Source of the DNA: an uncultured Acidobacteriaceae bacterium
GTDB taxonomy: Bacteria > Acidobacteriota > Terriglobia > Terriglobales > Acidobacteriaceae
Length of the DNA: 64,000 bases
Assembly (NCBI GenBank): GCA_963773915.1
Contig: CAVZCY010000003.1
Location: 5,914 to 69,913, forward strand
Direction: 5' to 3'
The translations under genes were made by a program, and so were the position numbers. This document shows positions 53,263-62,773 of this stretch, piece after piece. The notes under the pieces were generated by a model. It was given only the letters and a program-made list of their open reading frames with translations, was not told the origin of the DNA and ran no database searches. How positions within the stretch are numbered: position 1 is the stretch's first letter; each line of letters begins with the position of its first letter.

Positions 53263-54647
53263 CTGAACACCTAAGAAGAAAATCGTTCCCTGCCACATGC
53301 ACATTTCTGTTACTGATCTTGTTGCCGTGCGCAGTGCATTCGCAACAGGCGCAGGCGCCAGCGGTGCCAATGCCTTCGCTGCAACTTCCGGCTGCTCAGT
53401 CGCCCACTGAGCCAGTTGCGCCCTCGGGACCGCGGCTGACGCTTGCGGATGCAGAGCGCATGGCGATTGCGCACAACCCAAACATCAGCGTGGCGCGGCT
53501 GATAGCGCTGGCGCAGGCGCAGGTAACGCGCGAAGTGCGCTCTGCCGAACTGCCCACGGTACAGGGCGACCTGACCGCCGTGGGCGCGCACGAAAACAGC
53601 CGCATCACCGCGGGCCTGCTGAATAATCCATCCGTTTATAACCGAGCGGCGGGCGGCTTGTCGGTGAGCCAACTCATCACCGACTTCGGGCGCACGCACA
53701 ACCTGGTGCTCAGCGCGCAATCGAACGCCAAGGCGCAGCTTGAAAACGAGCGAGCCACTGAGCTCGACATCACGCTGACGGTGGATCAGGCTTTCTATCA
53801 GGCGCTGACGAGCCAGGCGGTTCTGAAGGTGGCGGAAGAAACCGTAAACCAGCGCGAGGCGACCGTAGATCAGGTTGGCGCTCTCGCTAAAAATAAGCTG
53901 CGGTCGGATCTCGATCTGAGTTTTGCTGATGTTCAACTCTCTCAAGCAAAATTGCTTTTGCTTGACGCCCGGAATGATGCTGCCGACGCCATGGCCAGCC
54001 TGAACACCGTGTTGGGCTCCGAACAGGATGAGCAATATACGCTCGTGGATGAAACTACTGCCAGTCCTGACCCTGCGCCCGAGGACGCCGACGCTCTGCT
54101 GCAAACGGCGTTCACCGCGCGTCCCGATCTTGCCGCGCTCAACTATAACTACACGGCTGCCCGCCACTTCAGCACCGCTGAGCGCGATCTATGGATGCCG
54201 ACCGTCTCGGCATTGGCTGCGGCAGGAGCCACTCCGGTGCGCGCGGATCAGATTCAATCCTCGTGGTACGGCGCAGCCGGCGCAAACATCAGTATTCCAA
54301 TCTTCAATGGATTTTTGAACAACGCCCGCGCACAGGAGGCAAAGCTGCGCGCGAAAGCAGCCGGTGAACAAGTGAGGAACTTGCGCGATGTGATTGCGCG
54401 CGATTTACGCACCGCGGTCCTGAACGCGCAGAACGCATTCCAGCGCATCGGTGTCACTCAGGAAATGCTGAAAGAGTCGAATATGGCTCTCGATCTTTCA
54501 CAGGCGCGGTACAAGATCGGCTTGAGCGGCATCGTGGAGCTTACCCAGGCGCAACTTGCACAAACGCAGGCGGAGATTGCCTATGCCAATGCCCGCTACG
54601 CCTATCAAACCGCGCTGGCGGTAGTGCGATTCCAGACCGGCCAGTAG
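53259..54647 (+). CDS. TolC-family outer-membrane factor
   Basis: LTLADAERMAIAHNP, ITDFGRT, RPDL, ISIPIFNG, RYKIGLS...ELTQAQL. ATGA overlap. Confidence 0.9.
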   Translation: MTEHLRRKSFPATCTFLLLILLPCAVHSQQAQAPAVPMPSLQLPAAQSPTEPVAPSGPRLTLADAERMAIAHNPNISVARLIALAQAQVTREVRSAELPTVQGDLTAVGAHENSRITAGLLNNPSVYNRAAGGLSVSQLITDFGRTHNLVLSAQSNAKAQLENERATELDITLTVDQAFYQALTSQAVLKVAEETVNQREATVDQVGALAKNKLRSDLDLSFADVQLSQAKLLLLDARNDAADAMASLNTVLGSEQDEQYTLVDETTASPDPAPEDADALLQTAFTARPDLAALNYNYTAARHFSTAERDLWMPTVSALAAAGATPVRADQIQSSWYGAAGANISIPIFNGFLNNARAQEAKLRAKAAGEQVRNLRDVIARDLRTAVLNAQNAFQRIGVTQEMLKESNMALDLSQARYKIGLSGIVELTQAQLAQTQAEIAYANARYAYQTALAVVRFQTGQ

Positions 54648-54779
54648 CGTCGTGAGGATTGCCATGTCATCTCCGTCGTCGTTGGATTCTACCTTTTACC
54701 GGAACGTATCCATATCTCCGCGAGAGGCAATCGTACCGATCATTCTGATGTTGAACTCTATTTCGAGGAGATTGCCACC

Positions 54780-55667
54780 ATGCCAGTGATTGGCGACAGG
54801 CCCGAATTGAACCTGAGAAGCGTTATCTATGCGACAGATTTTTCTCCTTGCTCCAGGAACGCGGGCCTCTACGCCGCTCGCTTGGCCGCCTATTTCTCAG
54901 CGAAGCTTGTGGTGACTCATGCCTTCACACTGGAACAGGCCGCGATGGAAGTTGAAATTGGTGACAGGCAATTAAGCCAGCAGAGAGAGAGCTTGACGCA
55001 TCATCTGTGGACAGAGGCAGATCTTCTGGGAGCACGTTCAATCGATATCATTCCCACGCTCCTTGAAGGCGCTCCGGAGGATGTGATTCCAGCTCTGGCG
55101 GACAGGCTTGAGCCTTCCATGATCGTTCTCGGGACGCATGGCCGAGGCCGGCTCGATCGGGGAATCATCGGTTCGACCGCGGAGAAAATCCTGAGGTCCA
55201 CCCGCTGGCCGGCGCTTACCGTGGGACCTCACGTTCAGCCCTTGTCCTCGCAAACGTTCCCTTTCGAGAGAATTCTTTTTGCCACCGACTTTACTGAGAC
55301 GGCCGCCAATGCTGCCACCTACGCGGTTACATTCGCTGAGGTTTTTGCGGCGAAGATCGATGTGCTCAACGTGATTGAGGACGACGTCATTAAACATCCT
55401 GATCGCTTATCCGAACTTCAGTCCCGCTTCTTCAACGCTCTTGACGCCCTTGTGCCGCAATCTGCCAGAGAGTTCTGCGATCCAAGAACTTTTCTAGCCG
55501 TCGGCGGGGCGCACGACAAAATCCTTGAACACATCAGGGAGCGATCGATCGAACTCCTCGTGCTTGGCATCCGGAAGACTTCGCATATCGGCATGGAGAT
55601 GAGAACATCCGGAGCCTTTCGGATCATCGTAGATGCTCCGTGCCCGGTTCTGACGATCAGGAGTTGA
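54780..55667 (+). CDS. Tandem-domain universal stress protein
   Basis: VIYATDFSPCS, MIVLGTHGRG...GSTAEKILR, ILFATDF, LLVLG, APCPVLTI. Confidence 0.92.
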   Translation: MPVIGDRPELNLRSVIYATDFSPCSRNAGLYAARLAAYFSAKLVVTHAFTLEQAAMEVEIGDRQLSQQRESLTHHLWTEADLLGARSIDIIPTLLEGAPEDVIPALADRLEPSMIVLGTHGRGRLDRGIIGSTAEKILRSTRWPALTVGPHVQPLSSQTFPFERILFATDFTETAANAATYAVTFAEVFAAKIDVLNVIEDDVIKHPDRLSELQSRFFNALDALVPQSAREFCDPRTFLAVGGAHDKILEHIRERSIELLVLGIRKTSHIGMEMRTSGAFRIIVDAPCPVLTIRS

Positions 55668-55695
55668 GGATCGAATTGCTTGGCGGGAGAATTGG

Positions 55696-56112
55696 ATGGC
55701 AACGCGGAAGAAGCGGCCGAGTCACGAGTATCACCACACCGCGATAACGCTGCTTGTCGCACTGTTTGGGGGTGCCTGCGCCTTCTTTGCCGTTGAGATA
55801 TTCCTTCCCGACCTCTTGGAGTTGTACGCGAGTCAGATAGGCATATTCCCGAGATGGCAGATTCATATGGGAGCGACGTGCGTTGACGTCATCACATTCT
55901 TCGTGTTCCTGTTCTTTCTGGAATTGCTCGAAACAAGGTCGCGCTTAACAGCGTGGCGAGCGAGTGCACCGTGGTTGCCTCTCGTCGGGCTCACCTTGCT
56001 GGCAACAATCATCCATATCCCCTTCTACATTGTGATCCTGGCAGGAACCATCTACGGCGTATGGGCCTATCGCCAAACCTCAAGCGTGCGGCGCTCGGCC
56101 CGCCTTTCGTGA
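55696..56112 (+). CDS. Hypothetical small membrane protein (about four TM segments)
   Basis: Hydrophobic segments, GGAG RBS. No recognised family. Confidence 0.55.
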   Translation: MATRKKRPSHEYHHTAITLLVALFGGACAFFAVEIFLPDLLELYASQIGIFPRWQIHMGATCVDVITFFVFLFFLELLETRSRLTAWRASAPWLPLVGLTLLATIIHIPFYIVILAGTIYGVWAYRQTSSVRRSARLS

Positions 56113-56470
56113 ACCGAGAGCGTGCCCATATTTATCGCGTTATTGGTCGCAAATCGCCGAGGGCTTCCTTAAGACGCGATCAATTATTTGGGATCATTTT
56201 CAGCTACTGTTGTATGTTATCTCCCTACCATGAACTGAGCTTGTGTTTTGTGGCAGCCGCATCGAGATGGAGATTCTTGAGCGTTTTGGTGCGTTCTTCG
56301 GGGATCATCGGCCGTCCGTCAGTCACTACTTGGGCAACAACTCGGAACCGTGGCCGTTCACGTTAAAAAGATCAGTACTGATAAGTCGGCTTAGCGGAAG
56401 GAATATGACGAAAATCGTGAATTGCACTGCTTGAAAAGTACCCGAACGGACGCCAACCGAGAATTCCAGC

Positions 56471-56654
56471 TGTAGTCAATTTTGTGCCCGTCAAAGCATC
56501 CAGAAGCTACAAGGATCAACAGGGATCGGCATGAGTGCGGCAAACTTTTCAATCAAAAGCGCTTATTTTCGCTCAATTTCAACAGGTTTCCATAATTGTT
56601 ATGATCTGCTTTGGGAGCAGAGGGTCGGGGGTTCGAATCCCTCCGCCCCTACCA
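56471..56654. other. att junction J3: left arm plus tRNA-Pro 3' core (56604-56654, one mismatch)
   Basis: tgtagtcaattttgtgcc at 56471, 133 bp before the core as in J1. Ungapped match 92/133 to the J1 left arm. Confidence 0.85.
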
Positions 56655-56661
56655 ATACATC

Positions 56662-56855
56662 GTAAAGTATGTCTCCGACAAATATGCCAGACTAAAGACG
56701 CCATGGTCGAAGTCGCGACCTGCGCGAACTGCGCCGATATGCTTGCACTCCAAGGGAACAAGGAGATCGGCAACAAGATCAGCAAGGTCATCGCGAAGGT
56801 CGCTGAAGCTAACAATCAATGTGGCGTCATCGATCAAACTGATTTCAACGATCCC
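56662..56855 (+). pseudogene. hsdM: Internal fragment of a type I restriction-modification M subunit
   Basis: VKYVSDKYA / KDAMVEV...ADMLALQGNKEIGNKISKVIAKVAEANN..GVIDQTDFND matches the HsdM N-terminal domain as I recall it. No start codon, frameshifted. Confidence 0.72.
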
Positions 56856-56935
56856 GTAAATCAGGCAGCCGGAAAAATATTGTAGACCGCCCTTCGAGAG
56901 CGTGGTATCAGAATGTCGCAATTCAGAAAGGCTGT

Positions 56936-57700
56936 ATGAGCGAGATGAGGCTAGTGAGTCTGACGGAATGGTGGCAGTCCTACATCGGCGATTGTGGTTG
57001 TGAGAAACCATCCAGGCTCTCTCAACTTCTGGCAGAAACCATTCCCGCCGAACCACGTACAAAGAAGCTATTGGATATCGGCTGCGGCACCGGGATTATC
57101 GGTATCTACTGCCTCGTTGAGAAGAAGGCCGGCTTTGTCACCTTCGTTGACATTCTGCCTGAATGGATTGACATCACTCGCTCCAACGTCAGACTTAAAA
57201 TTGACGAAGGCGCCATTACTCCATCACAAGTCGATGTCGTGGATGCAATGCCCTTCGATCGAATCCCCCCGGAAGTCGTGGCCCAACACGATATGGTCGT
57301 TTTCAGCCTCCCGCAGTTTCCCGAGGACTTCGCAAGCCCAAGTGAATTGTCCAAAAACCGAGCCGATCCTATTCGAGCCAGATACCGTTTAGCTGGCCGA
57401 GACGGGTTAAAGCTGGCGCGCGACTTCTCCCAGTGGTATGCCCGTCTCAAACCGCCAAAACCTGACGCCGTCGTCGTCCTGTGGTCGATCCTTGGGAAGC
57501 GGCAAATCGAAGAAGCGCTCAAAGCGGACGGTTCTCAATGGGAGATTATTCAGGAAACGCCGATTCCTCTCAAGCCTGAGTTTTCTCGCGTTGCTGCGGA
57601 ATTCTTTCAGGACACTGAAGAAAGAGACAACAGAATGCTCGCAGGGGATGGGAACGGCTGGACGAACCGTGCGTTAACAATCAGAATCAGAGACGCCTGA
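56936..57700 (+). CDS. Class I SAM-dependent methyltransferase (HemK/PrmC-like fold)
   Basis: LLDIGCGTG motif I, acidic FVDI motif II, VVFSLPQF at the (D/N)PPY position, AGRDGL. Confidence 0.78.
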   Translation: MSEMRLVSLTEWWQSYIGDCGCEKPSRLSQLLAETIPAEPRTKKLLDIGCGTGIIGIYCLVEKKAGFVTFVDILPEWIDITRSNVRLKIDEGAITPSQVDVVDAMPFDRIPPEVVAQHDMVVFSLPQFPEDFASPSELSKNRADPIRARYRLAGRDGLKLARDFSQWYARLKPPKPDAVVVLWSILGKRQIEEALKADGSQWEIIQETPIPLKPEFSRVAAEFFQDTEERDNRMLAGDGNGWTNRALTIRIRDA

Positions 57701-58942
57701 AGCCGCGAACGCGCCTTCGATCGCGGCCGGATGTGTTTGGGGTTTCAGCAGGCTTGCCGCACCCAGCCAGCACGAAACGGTGACTGTAGTGCGAAACATG
57801 TCAGGGAGGGTATCGACAGCCAGTAACATGGCCATGCCCTCAAGTGGGATACCCGCGGAGGCAAGCATGGGCGACATCACGATAATGGCGCCGCCGGGTA
57901 TGCCCGGGGTGGTCATGCTAACGGCGATGGCGTTCAGGGTGAGCGCGGCGAACTGCGTGGGGGAGAGAGACACTCCGTAAAAACCTGCCAGGAAGCAGAC
58001 CCCGACCATTTGCACGATGCAGCCGCCCACGTGAAATATCGATGCGGCAAAAGGGAAGAAAAAAGCGGAGACGTCATCTGGAAGATTGAGGCTGTCGTGT
58101 CCCGCCTTGTACGAGGCAGGCAACGCGGCGAGCGAGGAGCGCGAAGTAAAAGCAATCGCCTGCGCCGGAGCGCTCGCTCGGATAAATTTGGGAATGCTCA
58201 ATGAGCCGAAGATCGCGACACTGGGATAGAGAATGGCTGGGATGAACGTCGCGGTGATGAAGCACATGGCAACCACGTAGCTGACAAGCCAGCTCGCGCC
58301 ACTTACTCCAACGGATGCGCCGAGACCTACGGAAAGACAAAAGACTCCAATCGGAACCGTTTTGAGAATGCCGCCAATCAGAATGGTGAAGCCATCTGCC
58401 AACGCGCGGAAGAAACGGGTAAGAAGGACGCGCTGAGAATCTGGAAGGTGCGAAATGGCGATGCCCAATGCGACGGAAGAAAGAACCAGAGGAAGAAGGG
58501 CGCCGTCCTGAGCGGCCTTGAAAATGTTGGCGGGTACGAGGCCGACGAGGAAGGAGCCAAATGTGGGAGCGGCGACGGCAGGGATAGAAGATCCGGCGGT
58601 GGCGATGGACCCGCGGCCAATAACGTGTGACAAATAGTGAAAGAGAGCGAATGCAATTCCTCCTGAAAAAACAGCCGACGCAACAAGGTAGGCGAGAATT
58701 ATCGTTAGCAATCTGCCCGCGAGACGGCCGAGTTTGGCAGAGCTGGTGACGGCGCATCCAGCGATGAGGCTGGTGGTAACGAGGGGAATGACGCAAATCA
58801 GGATCGCGTTGATGAATAGGCGCGCAAGAGGCTCAATCAGCGCAGGGATATCGTGCATCAGGGGGAAGGGGCTGCGTTTGCACGCGTATCCCAGAAAAGA
58901 ACCGAGCACCAGAGCCATAAAGACGCGGACGGGGGAACTCAT
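57674..58942 (-). CDS. Dicarboxylate/amino-acid:cation symporter (DAACS)
   Basis: PANIFKAA, AFTSRSSLAALP, TTPGIPGG, LAVDTLPDMFRTT. Confidence 0.9.
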   Translation of the reverse strand: MSSPVRVFMALVLGSFLGYACKRSPFPLMHDIPALIEPLARLFINAILICVIPLVTTSLIAGCAVTSSAKLGRLAGRLLTIILAYLVASAVFSGGIAFALFHYLSHVIGRGSIATAGSSIPAVAAPTFGSFLVGLVPANIFKAAQDGALLPLVLSSVALGIAISHLPDSQRVLLTRFFRALADGFTILIGGILKTVPIGVFCLSVGLGASVGVSGASWLVSYVVAMCFITATFIPAILYPSVAIFGSLSIPKFIRASAPAQAIAFTSRSSLAALPASYKAGHDSLNLPDDVSAFFFPFAASIFHVGGCIVQMVGVCFLAGFYGVSLSPTQFAALTLNAIAVSMTTPGIPGGAIIVMSPMLASAGIPLEGMAMLLAVDTLPDMFRTTVTVSCWLGAASLLKPQTHPAAIEGAFAASGVSDSDC

Positions 58943-59221
58943 GCGCCATTCCTGGTCGAGCGGCCCCTTCGTCTATAAGAATGAGCCATTATGTATTCGC
59001 TTTTAGGCGTAGCGGCCCTCCAAAGCTCATGGCGCGATGGCTGTCGATAATGGCAATACAGATGGGTGCCCGTCCTGTCTCGGCTTGTTCTCACCTGCTC
59101 AGACCCAATTAACCCGTGCACCAGGACAAAAAGACAATCGCCAGGAAGCTGCCCGCAAACGCTTCGTTCAAAAAACGCTGCGGCAGCACCCTGGCGAATC
59201 CAGAGACCCATTTAGCGCGAC

Positions 59222-62200
59222 CTAAAAGCTCAACTTAATTGCGCCCTGGAAGATCCTCGGGCCGTAAGTCGCCTCAGACGTGATTTCCCCAAAGGTGCTC
59301 GAGGCCAGTGAAGCGCCAGGCACGTTAAAATTCGGGTGATTCAGCACGTTGAATGCCTCCAGCCGCAGCATCATCTGCAATCTCTCGCGTATAGGGAACG
59401 AGCGAACCAGCGCGCTGTCGAACTGGAAGAACTTGGGCCCACGGAATGCATTTCTTCCCAGGGTGCCAAACGTACCCAGCGGGGATGTAGAAAATGCCCC
59501 TGCAGTCTTCGGGCTTAGGTATTGTGCGTTAGTGGCTGCTCCAGCCCGAATTTTGGTGTTTGTATATACCAGCGATCCGTTGGCCAGGTCTGGACGGTCT
59601 TCCCCCTCGGCGGTCAAGGAGTTGTCGACACCGAGCGTCACATTCAGCGGCGTGCCATCGGTAGCATGGATCAGAGGAGAGATTTGCCAATCGTTGACTA
59701 CCGTTGACAACAGCCGGTTGCTGAAGCTGAAGTGGCTTGAGGCTACCAGGCTCATATTAAATACATGCCTGAAGTCAAAGCCGCAGTTCGCCTTATCTCC
59801 CTGGATATTATTCGGGTCCTGCACTGTAGCGCCTTCGGTATCTCCCTGGCTATCCTCGACGTCGATGCAGTGAGAATAGGTGTAGTTCGACATGAAGACA
59901 AAGTTCGCTGAGCGGTGCTGGATGGTCATGATGAGGCCCTGGTAGCTCGCGTTCGCTCCGGTTAGCACGTACTCCGACTTGGAGCCTCCGCCGGCATAGT
60001 ACGGGCCCCAGGTTGGATTCTGCAGCGTCAAATAGTAACGCGACGCGGCATTACTCGGTGTCGAGCTCCCCGGAATATAGACAGAATCGTTCATCGGATA
60101 GGAATAACTATTATGCGAAGTCCGGTTCCCGATGAAGTCGCCCTGCAGTTGCCAGTTGCGGCCCAGTTCCCGCTGCACGCTTAATGTGTATTGCGTCATA
60201 AGCGGCGGATGGAATTGGTTCGCGAGGATGATGTACTGTCCCCCCTTCGGAAATGTGGTGGAGTGCGACGGCACCGGCGGTCGCGGAAACGGATTGGTGG
60301 TGACCGAGCCGTTCGACCAGGGCGCCGAGAAAGCCAAAGGTTGGCCGACTGGAACAGTGCTCGATGCCACGGAGAACGGGGGATTTTCGTTCATGTTCTG
60401 GCCCATGAAGAAACACACCAGGTCATAAACCATTGAGCCACCCACCCGGATTACTGTCTTTCCCGTTCCGGTCGGATCGTAGGTGATTCCCAGGCGTGGT
60501 GAGAACTGCGGCAACGAGCCGTGTGTAAACGCCTTTGGAACTCCGGGATCTCCCCAATATAAGCTCCCCGCCGGCGCATTTACGTACGTCGTGCTCTGAA
60601 CGCCGTTCACAAAATTGTTGAAGTTGAACGTCGAACCGCGGCCGTACAAGTCCGTGGGGAAATACTCGGGATCCCAGCGCACGCCGCCGGTGAGCACCAG
60701 CTTCTTGCTGGCATGGTAGGTGTCCATCGCATACAGCGTTGGAATGGGCGCGCGCAACGCATCCAGCTGTGGAGCGCTTTGCGAGTAAGAAGACATCGCT
60801 CCGGTCAGGAAATCGAGATTTGCGTCTTCCCCGGTGCCGGAAGTACCGGCTTCGGTGGGACCATACTCCGAGAAGACACCGCTGAACGCAAACACCCCAT
60901 TTCCCTGGTAGACGTTGTTCTCATTGAACTCAGAGCGCGTAAATTCTCCACCAAATCCAATCTGGTGTCTCCCCATCATCCAGCTTACGTCGTCGGTAAA
61001 CGAGACCGTATTTTCGGCGAAGAAAGCCGGAGCTCCGTTGTAGAGCGTCCATTTGTTCGTTGCTGAAATCGGCAAATAGTTGGGAGCCGACTGATAGGCG
61101 TCGACACCAATGGTGTCAGCGTTGATGCCCGTCGCCGCGGGACCGCGGAGGATATCGCGCAACGTAATCGATGCGTGTGCTGAATTTACAAATCGCGACG
61201 TAGGCAACCAGGTTTCGCCTAACGCAAGACCCTGAACCGTCTCGAAGTTGCCGCTGGAGTCGGTGATAAGAATGTCGGTTGGCGAATAGAACGATGGGTG
61301 CTGATAGTAGTCGCGGAAGTAGCGGCCGTAAGCGCTGTGTTTCTGATTGATCGTCCAGTCGGTACGAGTAACAAACTGGTTTTCTTCGGTTTGGTTGGGG
61401 ATAGCAAACGTATAAAGCCCGCAGGGATCGGCCGTCGTTGGAAAGTACTTGAGCAGGGCCTTCGCCTGCGAAGTAAAGTAACTCGGGTCGATCTGGTCCC
61501 CATTCAGCGCCGCGCCAGTCCACGGGTTGACAAGTTGGATAGCTCCACCTTTAATGCACCCCGCCCCGTCAACCGTAGAAAAGTCTCCGGTAAGCATGGC
61601 CGCCGTAGGAATGTAAGCTTTCGTGTCCGCCGAACTCTGATCCGATTTCGTGTGCTGAAATCCCGCGAAAGCGAATAACTTGCCGTGAATGATCGGGCCG
61701 CCGAAGACGCCGCCATACTGGTTCTGGTGCAATGTGTCTTTTGACACGGAGAAGAAGTTATCCGCGTCGATGAAGTTGTTGCGGATGAATTCGAATGCGG
61801 TGCCGTGATATTGATCGGCTCCGGATCGCGTGACTACGTTGACCAGTCCGCCTGGATGCAATCCCTGGCTCGCGCCCAGGTCCGTTGACTCCACGCTGAA
61901 CTCCTGCACCGCATCGGGGAACGGAAAGGGCAAATTGATGTTGGTCATGTAATCGTTGTTGTCAACTCCATCCAGCCGGTAATCGGTAAAGTTCCCCTGT
62001 CCGCCGGCAATGGAGATGACAACAGAGCTGTAAAAGGTTTTGGACCCCACTATATCGTTACCAGGAGCGGCGACAGCTCCGCCCATAAGCGTGACCAGGT
62101 TCGTCATCTGTCTTCCATTTAACGGCATTTCAGTGAGCGTCTTTTCATCAACGGTTTGCTTTAAGGTGCTATCTTCAGTCTGCAGCTGCAAACCTTGGGC

Positions 62201-62599
62201 CTGGACCTCCACGGTTTGCGCCTCGGCGCCGACCTTTAGCGCAATATTGACGGCGATGCTGCTTCCAACGTCCAGAGTGATGCCGGATTGATGATAATTT
62301 GAGAATCCTCTGGCCGAAGCGTCAATGCTGTAGCTCCCAATCGGAATGTTGGGAAAGCTATACAGACCGAGGCCGTCGGACAGCGCAACGTGCTTTACGT
62401 GTGTCGCCATATTGATGGCAGTAACCGGGACGTTCGGAATGACGGCCCCGGAGTCGTCCGTGACAACGCCTTGAATGCTCGCGGTTCCTGCCGTTTGTGA
62501 GGGCAATAGCGCAGCGGCGGTGAATACGGTGACTGCTGCGCAAAAGATTGGAATCCACCGGAAGAAGTGCGGCTTTCCACTCGGAACGAGGTTACGCAT
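59222..62599 (-). CDS. Second Oar-type TonB-dependent receptor
   Basis: AAGGAGG RBS before ATG 62599, GVVTDDSGAVIP, FPDAVQEFSVE, NQYGGVFGGP, PRLGITYD, PRIFQGAIKLSF. Confidence 0.92.
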   Translation of the reverse strand: MRNLVPSGKPHFFRWIPIFCAAVTVFTAAALLPSQTAGTASIQGVVTDDSGAVIPNVPVTAINMATHVKHVALSDGLGLYSFPNIPIGSYSIDASARGFSNYHQSGITLDVGSSIAVNIALKVGAEAQTVEVQAQGLQLQTEDSTLKQTVDEKTLTEMPLNGRQMTNLVTLMGGAVAAPGNDIVGSKTFYSSVVISIAGGQGNFTDYRLDGVDNNDYMTNINLPFPFPDAVQEFSVESTDLGASQGLHPGGLVNVVTRSGADQYHGTAFEFIRNNFIDADNFFSVSKDTLHQNQYGGVFGGPIIHGKLFAFAGFQHTKSDQSSADTKAYIPTAAMLTGDFSTVDGAGCIKGGAIQLVNPWTGAALNGDQIDPSYFTSQAKALLKYFPTTADPCGLYTFAIPNQTEENQFVTRTDWTINQKHSAYGRYFRDYYQHPSFYSPTDILITDSSGNFETVQGLALGETWLPTSRFVNSAHASITLRDILRGPAATGINADTIGVDAYQSAPNYLPISATNKWTLYNGAPAFFAENTVSFTDDVSWMMGRHQIGFGGEFTRSEFNENNVYQGNGVFAFSGVFSEYGPTEAGTSGTGEDANLDFLTGAMSSYSQSAPQLDALRAPIPTLYAMDTYHASKKLVLTGGVRWDPEYFPTDLYGRGSTFNFNNFVNGVQSTTYVNAPAGSLYWGDPGVPKAFTHGSLPQFSPRLGITYDPTGTGKTVIRVGGSMVYDLVCFFMGQNMNENPPFSVASSTVPVGQPLAFSAPWSNGSVTTNPFPRPPVPSHSTTFPKGGQYIILANQFHPPLMTQYTLSVQRELGRNWQLQGDFIGNRTSHNSYSYPMNDSVYIPGSSTPSNAASRYYLTLQNPTWGPYYAGGGSKSEYVLTGANASYQGLIMTIQHRSANFVFMSNYTYSHCIDVEDSQGDTEGATVQDPNNIQGDKANCGFDFRHVFNMSLVASSHFSFSNRLLSTVVNDWQISPLIHATDGTPLNVTLGVDNSLTAEGEDRPDLANGSLVYTNTKIRAGAATNAQYLSPKTAGAFSTSPLGTFGTLGRNAFRGPKFFQFDSALVRSFPIRERLQMMLRLEAFNVLNHPNFNVPGASLASSTFGEITSEATYGPRIFQGAIKLSF

Positions 62600-62616
62600 G
62601 TGGCCTCCTTTAGAGT

Positions 62617-62749
62617 TTTGTCGGGACGTACGCGAGAGGCAAATTGACCTCCCCGGCAGATCCAGTGCAGTTAGCGATGCGAATATTGTCGGGACATCCG
62701 CGGGAGGCAAGTTGACCTCCCCGGCAGATCCAGTGCAGTTAGCGATGCG
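62617..62749. repeat. Two-copy 68-bp tandem duplication in the leader of the TonB receptor gene
   Basis: gaggcaa(a/g)ttgacctccccggcagatccagtgcagttagcgatgcg at 62636 and 62704. Confidence 0.9.
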
Positions 62750-62773
62750 TGTTTTGTCTGCTAAACCTGTCTG

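Larger units (their letters stand above)
47679..56654. mobile_element. Accessory segment 3 (9.0 kb), efflux/stress cassette bounded by J2 and J3; no integrase
   Basis: Both ends retain arm motifs at conserved spacing. Confidence 0.78.
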
